The notes below the pieces were generated by a model. That model was not told the DNA's origin, did no database searches, and saw only the letters and a list, made by a program, of their open reading frames with translations. 64,000 bases of DNA from Octopus sinensis (Eukaryota), in NCBI RefSeq assembly GCF_006345805.1, contig NC_043025.1, positions 13,764,001 to 13,828,000 on the forward strand. The letters run 5' to 3'. Of this stretch, positions 53,638-64,000 are shown one piece after another; the first letter of the stretch is position 1, and each line of letters starts with the position of its first letter. Position numbers and translations under genes: made by a program.

Positions 53638-54147
53638 CTGGAACAGACAGACACAAAAAAGGGTCAGTCACAGAATATTGAATTTCATTATTAAAATAAA
53701 ACCATCTTTGATTGGCATCTCCCCAAACACCCCTGACAAAGGGTTTTTATTTACAGGGATCACTGCCAAACATGGGAATATAAATTGATCTCCTCAAAAC
53801 TGTCCCTTAACCATTTGGGGCAAAAGTGGGTCCTTCCTCAAATCTGGGCCCCTAAGATCTTATAAAACAGGCCCTTAACAGGTTAGTCAAAATAGGGTTC
53901 TTACAATTTAGTTAAGACTAACCCTTAATAGTTTAATACAAAGAAGGTCCTTGCAGTTTAGTTAAGACTGGCTCCTAACATTTTATTCACAAACGACCCT
54001 TAATATTTCAGCTGAAATATTAAGGGTCCTTATAGTTTAGTCAATATTAAGAGTCAAGAGGGTCTTTAGAGTATTGTAAAGTAATGATTCTGACAGTATC
54101 ATTAAAAATAGGGTTTTTTACAGTTTAGGAAAAAGAAAAACCCTTAC

Positions 54148-54341
54148 AGGTTAGGTAAGAGAGGGTCCTTTTCATTAATCATCTTGTACCCAGGCAGAAA
54201 AGGGCCTTTGTAGTTGGACCGGTCCACAAATGTGTGCGTTGTGTCCCCGTAGGTTTGAACAGTTGCAAACTTCACAACTCCATCGTCGTCTGATTCCTCC
54301 CAAGGTTCGTGTACAACCATTGCACCTTTCGCTGTTGAGTG
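54148..54341 (-). CDS. HPD: HPD coding exon (HSTAKGAMVVHEPWEESDDDGVVKFATVQTYGDTTHTFVDRSNYKGPFLPGYKMINEKDPLLPN-L)
   Basis: 194 nt, TTTCCAG| and |GTAAGG; TYGDTTHT and FLPGY motifs. Confidence 0.98.
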
Positions 54342-54612
54342 CTGGAAACAAGAGACAGAGAGAGGCAGAAGGACAAAAAGACGATTAAAATAAAGTGTTA
54401 ACGCTTACAGTATGCTAATTAGCTGCTCCAATTTTGTGTATCTACTGTAATTGTTGAGTATATAAACAGATTTGCTGCTTGTTTCTGTGGGACTGATGAA
54501 ACAGATGTAGATACCTCTGATGAGAGTGCAATAATGCCCGAAAAGCGATTAATCATACTCTTTTACTTGTTTCAGTCATTTGACTGCGGCCATGCTGGAG
54601 CACCCCTTTTTA

Positions 54613-54975
<363 letters not shown>

Positions 54976-55046
54976 TCATTTTTATGAAGCTCTTATGACA
55001 TGTCTTTTCTGTTGTGTCATTACAAAGATGTATTTAGGATATGTTC

Positions 55047-55500
55047 ATAGCATCACTACCACCACCACCACCACCACTGTCACCACCACCACCACCACTA
55101 GTACAACAACCACCACCACTGTCACTACCACCACCACCACCACCACCACCACCACTACAAGTACACAACCACCATCACCACTGTCACCACCACCACAAGT
55201 ACACAACCACCACCATAACCACCACCACCACAACAACCACCACTACAACAACAACCAGTCACCACCACCACCACCACAACCACCACCACCACAACAACAA
55301 CCACTACCACCACCACCACCACCACTGTCACCAACACCACCACCACCACTACCACCACAAACACAATAACCACCACCAGAACAACCACTACCACCGCCAC
55401 CACTACCATCATTACCATCATCATCCTCACCACCACCACAAAAGAACGACAACAACATTGTCATCAACATCATCATCACCACTACCACCACCACCCCCAC
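55047..55500. repeat. (ACC)n-rich microsatellite; (GAT)n tract at 56866-57385 and (TG)n tract at 51405-51795
   Basis: Directly visible. Confidence 0.95.
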
Positions 55501-55562
55501 TGGTCAGATGGACATAAGGACAATAAGGTGAGTATTAATTAATTAATCAATGAATTAATTAC

Positions 55563-55608
55563 TTTCAGGTGTGTTTGGTTCCAGCATTGATTGAAGGACA
55601 AATATGAT
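55563..55608 (-). CDS. HPD: HPD coding exon (IIFVLQSMLEPNTPE)
   Basis: 46 nt, TTTTTGCAG| and |GTAATT; ends in phase 1, which fits the next exon (A+AA = Lys). Confidence 0.88.
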
Positions 55609-56125
55609 CTGCAAAAACAAGAAAAGAAGAAAATGAAAACAAATTATATAAAAAAAAATTCAAAATATAGAGAAAAACAAAACATTTTTTGAGGGGAGGG
55701 GCAGAGAAAATGGTCGGAGAAATAACAGAGGAAAAAATGGAGAAAAGGCACAGGAGTGGCTGTGTGGTAAGTAGCTTGCTTACCAACCACATGGTTCCGG
55801 GTTCAGTCCCATTGCGTGGCATCTTGGGCAAGTGTCTTCTACTATAGCCTCCGGCCGACCAAAGCCTTGTGAGTAGATTTGGTAGATGGAAACTGAAAGA
55901 AGCCTGTCGTATATATGTATATATATAAATATATATATATATGGAGGCGTTGGAGTGGCTGTGTGGTAAGTAGCTTGCTTACCAACCACATGTTTCCGGT
56001 TCAGTCCCACTGCGTGGCACATTGGGCAAGTGTCTTCTACTATAGCCTCAGGCTGACCAAAGCCTTGTGAGTGGATTTGGTAGACGGAAACTGAAAGAAG
56101 CCCATCGTACATATGTGTGTGTGTC

Positions 56126-56188
<63 letters not shown>

Positions 56189-56915
56189 TAGTATGTCTGT
56201 GTTTGTCCCCTCCAACATCGCATGGAAACTGATGCTGGTCCCTGTAACTTAGCGGTTCAGCAAAAGAGACCGATAGAATAAGTACTAGGCTTTCAAAGAA
56301 TAAGTCCCGGGGTTGATTTACTCGACTAAAGGCGATGCTCCAGCATAGCCACAGTCAAAAGCCTTGTGAGTGGATTTGGTGGATGGAAACTGAAAGAAGC
56401 CCATCGTACGTTTATGTATGTGTGCTGTTAGTTTTTTGTCCCCATCACCACTTGGGAAATGGTGTTAGTTTGTTTACATCCCTGTAAGTTGGGGATTCAG
56501 CAAGGGATACAAGACAAAGTTGACCATGGGTCAGTGGTTCTTAGAGGAGGGGTCGGTCGTTTAGATCAACCCCAGAGATAAACTGTTGCCTTATTTTATC
56601 AACCCCAAAAGGGCAAAAGGTAAAGTCAACCTTGGTGGAATTTGAACTCAGAATTCGTAGCCAGAGGAAATGCTGCTCAGCAATTAAGGTCAGGTATGCT
56701 AACGATGCTGCCAAATTGCCAGTTGGCTTTTTTTCTTTTTCTTGTTTTTATAGTTTAGTTGACCTTCCTGGAATTTGACCTCAGAGCATCATAAAGACAC
56801 GGAATAAATACCAGAAGGAAATCTTACAAGCAGTCTGACGATTCTGCAGCCCCCACACCCCCAAGTGATGATGAGTATGAGGAAGGAGATGATGAAGATG
56901 ATGGTGGTGATGATG

Positions 56916-56946
<31 letters not shown>

Positions 56947-57063
56947 GGAAGAAGTTGATGATGATGATGGTGGTGAAGATGATGATGATGAGGAGGAAGA
57001 AGATGATGAAGGTGATGACGACGATGATGATGATGAGGAAGAAGATGATGAAGATGATGGTGG

Positions 57064-57100
<37 letters not shown>

Positions 57101-57440
57101 GATGATGGTGGTGATGACGATGATGATGATGATGATGAAGATGATGATGAAGATGATGGTGGTGATGATGATGATGATGATGATGATGTGGTGATGATGA
57201 TGATGAAGATGATGGTGGTGATGATGATAATGATGATGATGATGATGATGATGAAAATGATGGTGGTGATGACGATGATGATGATGATGATGAAGAGGAT
57301 GATGAAGATGATGGTGGTGATGATGATGATGATGATGATGATGGTGGTGATGATGACGATGATGATGATGATGATGGTGTTGATGCTGAATATCTAAACG
57401 AAGCGGAAAACATAACGAGAGCGTTAAATTGGAATATTTA

Positions 57441-57716
<276 letters not shown>

Positions 57717-59187
57717 TTACTTGTTTCAGTCGTTTGACTGCGGCCATGCTGGAGCACCGCCTTTTTTAGTCGAGCAAATCGACCCTGGGACTTATTCTTT
57801 GTAAGCCCAGTACTTATTCTATCGGTCTCTTTTGCCGAACCGCTAAGTGACGGGGACGTAAACACACCAGCATCGGTTGTCAAGCAATGCTAGGGGGACA
57901 AACACAGACACACAAACACACACACCGATACATATATATATATATACATATATACGACAGGCTTCTTTCAGTTTCCGTCTACCAAATCCACTCACAAGGC
58001 ATTGGTCGGCCCGGGGCTATAGTAGAAGACACTTGCCCAAGATGCCACGCAGTGGGACTGAACCCGGAACCATGTGGTTGGTTAGCAAGATACATACCAC
58101 ACAGCCACTCCTGCGTATATTTATTAAACAGACATGGCAGAAATAAATAGACACCCCATAAAACATCATTTTATGTTTATTCTGATTATAATTTTTATTA
58201 ATTGACATTTTTATGTAACAGGTTTTTATGTAATAGGGGTAGGAGTGGCTGTGTGGTAATTAGCTTGCTAACCAACCACATGGTTCCGGGTTCAGTCCCA
58301 CTGCGTGGCACCTTGGCCAAGTGGCTTCTACTATAGCCTCGGGCCGACCTAAGCCTTGTGAGTGGATTTGGTAGACGGAAACTGAAAGAAGCCCGTCGTA
58401 TGTGTGTCTGTGTTTGTCCCCTCAACATCACTTGACAACCAATGTTGGCGTATTTACATCCCCGTAACTTAGCGGTTCAGCATAAGAGACCGATAAAATA
58501 AGTATTAGGCCTACAAGGAATAAGACCTGGGGTCAATTTGCTCGACTAAAGGTGGTGCTCCAGCATGGCCACAGTCAAATTCCACTTGTATTTGAACACT
58601 ATGCAAACATTTAGCATTTTCTACCATGACTTTTTTTTCCATATATATATACATATATACACACACATATATATATAATGGACTTCTTTCAGTTTCCATC
58701 TACCCAATCCATTCACAAGGCTTTGGTCAGCGCAAGGCTATAGTAGAGACACTTGCTCAATGTGTCACCCAATGGTTTTGAACCCATAACCATGTGGTTG
58801 GGAAGCAAGCTTCTTATTTCTTTACTACCCAGAAGGGGCTACACACAGAGGGGACAAACAAGGACAGACAAACAGATGAAGTCGCTTACATCGACCCCAG
58901 TGAGTAACTGGAACTTATTTAATCGACTCCAAAAAGATGAAAGGCAAAGTTGACCTTGGTGGAATTTGAACTCAGAACGTAACGGCAGATGAAATACTGC
59001 TATGCATTTCGTCTGGCATGCTAACATTTCTGCCAGCCCACCGCATGGTTACGGGTTCATTTTTGAATTGATGAAAGGTGGTTTTTTTCCTAATTTATAT
59101 ACTCTTTTACTCATTTACTTGTTTCAGTCAGTTGACTGCGGCCATGCTGGAGCACCGCCTTTGTTTCCCATGCCCAGGGAAACAAGG

Positions 59188-59580
59188 CGCCTTGTTTCCC
59201 TGGGCATGGATTCACTGAAGCTCCGGCGTCTGGCGATGGACTTGGTAAACACCCACAAAGTTATCAACCACCTCACCAACAACAACACTGAACACCTCTT
59301 CAAACTCCACCCATCTAACACCCGTGGACATATTTACAAAGTCAGAAAACAACACAGCTCCTTCCATGACTTTCGGAAACATTTTTTCACGCTCAGAGTT
59401 GCTGAAGCATGGAACAAACTGCCGGCATCAGTTGTTGACTGCCATGACACTGCATCCTTTAAGGCCCTCATGCTTTCCGAAATCCGCCGAAACTACACCT
59501 GATTATATATACACTTTAGATGAGTTGTAGTGCACCTGAGCACTGTACACAATGTTTTATTATTATTATTATTATTATTA
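59188..59580 (+). mobile_element. CR1 3' fragment, mosaic of two subfamilies
   Basis: Same motifs; internal subfamily switch. Confidence 0.88.
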
Positions 59581-59587
59581 AACTTAC

Positions 59588-59650
59588 CTGTTTGGCATTT
59601 CCGACCCAGAAAGTGAGGTGTGCGAAAGAAACAAACCGTCCAGACTCCGG
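59588..59650 (-). CDS. HPD: HPD coding exon (PESGRFVSFAHLTFWVGNAKQ)
   Basis: 63 nt, AG/GT flanked (TTACAG|...CAG|GTAAGT), phase 0/0; matches the HPPD N-terminal motif TFWVGNAKQ. Confidence 0.97.
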
Positions 59651-60180
59651 CTGTAAGAGAGAAAAAGAGACAATGTGAGAGTGTGAGGATAAATGCGAGT
59701 TGGAGTAAGGGATGAAAAGTTTGAGTGAGAGGAAGAATGGCAGGTGTTTGATTGTAGGTATATCTTCTGGATCAGGACAGGCCCTCTCCATCTGAGTAAT
59801 ATACTATATACTATATAATAATATGAGGGATTAAGATTCCAAACTTACAAGGAAAAATTCAATTTAGAAATACTAAATCAAATTTCACAAAATATAATAG
59901 ATATAGCCAGAAGGCTGCACCAGGCTCCTGCCAGATTAGACTGGAGCCTGGTGCAGCCTTCTGGCTTCCCAGATCCCCGGTCGAACCGTCCAACCCATGC
60001 TAGCATGGAGAACGGACGTTAAACGATGATGATGATGATAAATTAGAAAAGAACTTAGTCATTTTTATATGTTTTATCATATATTTAATCTTTCTATAAT
60101 ATGTAATTTTTCTAATTGGTATAATTTAATTAATTCTTCATTTTTGAATTGATAAAAGGTGGGTTTTTTTCTAACTTAAA

Positions 60181-60212
<32 letters not shown>

Positions 60213-60282
60213 CTCTTTTACTCTTTTACTTGTTTCAGTCAGTTGACTGCGGCCATGCTGGAGCACCGCCTTTAGTCGAGCA

Positions 60283-60314
<32 letters not shown>

Positions 60315-60318
<4 letters not shown>

Positions 60319-60640
60319 TAATCCAAACAAGAAAGCACAAAGAGAAAACACAACAACGCGAGGACGTGGAACAAATATAATATTATTGGACGCTCAGGAA
60401 AGAAGGAAAGAAGGAGGGTTTAACGTTTCGAGCGGAGCTCTTCGTCAGAAACATAGGAGAAGGAAAGATCCAGAGAAGGGAAGACAGAGGAAAAAAAATC
60501 TCCAACGGTACACACGAGGTCACATATATATATATTTTACGTTTCAAGCCTATGCTCTTCTACAGAAAGGGACACAGAAAAAAACAAGGAGAGAAAAAAT
60601 GCATGTAGTGGCTACCAATCTATCGTGGCGACTCTCTCTC
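60315..60640 (-). mobile_element. Penelope-like terminal-repeat remnant with hammerhead-like motifs; related copy at ~63740-63960
   Basis: CTGACGA...GAAACGTT signature, twice in tandem. Confidence 0.55.
60418..60452 (-). ncRNA. Minimal type-I hammerhead ribozyme motif (Penelope type)
   Basis: GUUU-CUGACGA-A-GAGC(UCC)GCUC-GAAAC-GUU-AAAC. Confidence 0.6.
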
Positions 60641-60669
60641 TCTGTCTCTCTCTCTATATATATATATAT

Positions 60670-60715
<46 letters not shown>

Positions 60716-61327
60716 CCCAGTAAAGTACAGATAATGCCAGGCCTCATGAAACCTTATACTTTCATATCACATATATTACAAGAAAACCACAATAACCACT
60801 GCAACAGGAACAAAAAAAAATATAGGAAGTGGGGTGGGGTCACCGGGGTGAGATGCAGAAGGTGGGGTGGGTGGGAAATTTATGTACCACAGCAAGAAGG
60901 CAGCACGGGGGCCACACCTGTGTTATATAAACAACGCAATGAAAAAGTGGGGGTGGTGGAGAAGAGGGGGGAGACAGGCAGGTTGCATAACAAAACACGA
61001 CCTCTGTTATACAACGTGGCACCCCCCCAACCCCACCCTCACCCCACGATGCACCGTTAATAATGGCACCTTTTTGGATAAGCGGCAGATTTGGAGGTTG
61101 TTCAGGTGAAATTATGACGTACTTTGGCGAAAGCAATGCAAAAGCATAGGAATTTTGGCATGTATGTATATATGTGTGTGTGTGTATATATATGTATGTA
61201 TATATATATATATATATGTAGGTATATATATATATATATGTATGTATATATATATTAATAATATATATATGTATCTATATATATATATTATGTATGTATT
61301 ATATAATATATATATATATATCTATAT

Positions 61328-61404
<77 letters not shown>

Positions 61405-61642
61405 TATATGATTTATATATATATATGTACATATATCCTTTATGTATATTTATATATATAATATATTATATATATAGTGTGTGTGTGTATATATATTTAA
61501 ATATGTATGTACATATGTATATATGTATATCTACATATATACATATGACTGTATGTATATTTATATATATTTGTATATGTATGTGTATATATATTTATAT
61601 ACATATATATATATATTATATATATACATATATAATATATTA

Positions 61643-61695
<53 letters not shown>

Positions 61696-62267
61696 CATCA
61701 TCACATCATCATCATTTAACGTCCGTTCTCCATGCTAGCATGGGTTGGACGGTTCGACCGGGGTTCTGGGAAGCCAGAAGGCTGCCCCAGGCTCCAGTCT
61801 AATCTGGCAATGTTTCTACAGCTGGATGCCCTTCCTAACGCCAACCACTCCGTGAGTGTAGTGGGTGCTTTTTACGTGCCACCTGCACAGGTGCCAGGCG
61901 AGGCTGGCAATGGCCAACGGTCAAGATTGGTGTATTTTATGTGCCACCGGCACGGAAGCCAGTCGAGGGGTGCTGGCATATATATTAAATATATATATAT
62001 ATATATATACATACATACACACACACACATGTATATACATAGCAGCAACATTTTTTGTCCATTTCCCATGCTTTATATGTGTATGTGTTTGTATTTATGT
62101 ACATGTGTACACACACACACACACACATCCTTTCTTTTATGTGGAACATTTTTTGAGTCTGCTCATAAAAAAAGGCACCTACGTTATTATTTCTGACTCC
62201 CTCTTATTATTCGCATCATCCTGTACGTAGCAAGGCAGTCAAGTATTTATGAATTTCCACCAATATA

Positions 62268-62680
62268 GGTGCAGGAGTGGCTGTGTGGTAAGTAGCCTGT
62301 TTACCAACCACATGATTCCAGGTTCAGTCCCACTGCGTGGCACCTTTGGCAAGTGTCTTCTACTATAGCCTCAGGCCGACCAAAGCCTTGTGAGTGGATT
62401 TGGTAGACGGAAACTGAAAGAAGCCCATCGTATATATATGTATATATATATATGTGTGTGTATATGTTTATGTGTCTGTGTTTGTCCCCCTAGCATTGCT
62501 TGACAACCGATGCTGGTGTGTTTACGTCCCCGTCACTTAGCGGTTCGGCAAAAGATACCGATAGAATAAGTACTTGGCTTACAAAAGAATAAGTCCTGGG
62601 GTCGAGTTGCTCAATTAAAGGTGGTGCTCCAGCATGGCCACAGTCAAATGACTGAAACAAGTAAAAGAGTAAAGAGTAAT
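62268..62680 (+). mobile_element. Full-length copy of the dominant tRNA-SINE
   Basis: Near-identical to the 271-660 copy. Confidence 0.9.
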
Positions 62681-63692
62681 AAGTCCACATTTTTACTACA
62701 CACTTGTATATATATGTATATATCATCATCATCATCATCGTTTAACGTCCACTTTCCATGCTGGCATGGGTTGGACGATATGACTGAGGCCTTGCGAACC
62801 AGATGGCTGCGCCAGACTCCAATCTGATCTGGCAGAGTTTCTACAGCTGGATGCCCTTCCTAATGCCAACCACTCTGAGAGTGTAGTGGGTGCTTTTATG
62901 TGCCACCGGCACAAGGGCCAGTCAGGCAGTACTGGCAACGGCCATGCTCAAATGGTGCTTTTTATGTGCCACCTGCACAGGAGCCAGTCCAGCGGCACTG
63001 GTAACGACCTCACTCGAATGTTTTTTCACGTGCCACCAGCACAAGTGCCAGTAAGGCGATGCTGGTAACAGTCACGCTCGAATGGTGTTTTTAATGTGTC
63101 ATTGGCACAGAGGCCAGCTTGTTGCTCTGGCAACGATCACACTCAGATGGTGCTCTTAGTGCTCCACTAGCACAGATACCAGTCATCGAATTTAATTTTG
63201 ATTCCTATTTCACTTGCCTCAACAGGTCTTTGCAAGTAGTGTCCAATGAAGGGAAGGTACGCATAAGTGGGCTGGTTACACCCCTGGCATCGGCCACAAG
63301 GTTATGGTCTCACTTGGCTTGACGGGTCTTCTCAAGCACAGCATATTTCCAAAAGTCTCGGTCACTGGTCATTGCCTCACAATTTGTTTATGTGTCTATA
63401 TATATATATATATGGAAAGTTTCTTGTCGAAGATACGTCTTGCTTTTATCCTTCGAAACGTAGAGTAGATGAAAGCTTTAGCGACTGAAGAAGGGGTTTT
63501 TTCTTTGTGTTAATTGTCCTGTACTCTATTTTTTTGCTGTTTTTAAAAAAATGTCCAGTTCCTTTGGTTTGTGTCTATGTTTTCGTTTCTCATTGTGTTC
63601 GACGTCCTTTTGGTGTCCTGTACTCATATATGTGTGTATATGTACATGTAGAGGTAGGTACGTACATATATGTTTATATATGCATATGTTTT

Positions 63693-63747
<55 letters not shown>

Positions 63748-64000
63748 GGGAGAGTTTACAAAAAAAAGAAAAGACAAAGACAGGTGGTGTACAAAACAAA
63801 CAGAAGATGTATTAGTATAACGCTCAGGAATAAAAAAAAAAGTCTTTTATGTTTTGAGCCTACGCTCCTGTACAGAAAGGGACACAGAGAAAAAACAAGG
63901 AGAGACACAAGGAGAGAAAAAAAATGTGTGAAGTGGCTAACAATCTATCAGTCACCACTTTATTTATATTTGAAAATTTTTCTCTTACACGGTACAGGCA

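Noticed and set aside
63440-63500. Permuted hammerhead-like order (GAAACGTA ... CTGAAGAAG)
   Set aside because: Stem I cannot form; treated as a decayed Penelope-like fragment

Overview
AT-rich, repeat-dense eukaryotic genomic DNA. The SINE/LINE/microsatellite landscape looks like an octopus (coleoid cephalopod) genome; that is inferred from repeat content, not proven. Real coding sequence is sparse and spliced, so almost all long ORFs in the supplied track are artefacts of micro/minisatellites. Supported genes: (1) HPD (4-hydroxyphenylpyruvate dioxygenase), minus strand, 11 phase-consistent coding exons from 59650 to the stop at 44392; the first ~10 codons were not found in the window. (2) A two-exon, 237-aa uncharacterised CCCH zinc-finger protein gene on the plus strand (22806-26090). 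(3) The first coding exon of a divergent minus-strand gene (19573-19459), probably a dynamin/EHD-like P-loop GTPase by recalled similarity. (4) A weaker candidate spliced minus-strand gene (33816-28238). The rest is tRNA-type SINEs, CR1 and RTE LINE fragments, Tc1/mariner remnants, non-autonomous Helitrons, MITEs, Penelope-like remnants and tandem arrays. Best leads: a tandem pair of Penelope-type minimal hammerhead-ribozyme motifs in an HPD intron; a 3' region of the CCCH gene built from decayed copies of its own C-terminal coding sequence; a Merlin-like MITE with an 8-bp TSD; a minisatellite with one G-quadruplex motif per unit; a telomere-derived 26-bp array; and an intron made of decayed copies of an exon/intron junction. 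None is proven to be a new biological system. All homology statements are from recall, not from searches.
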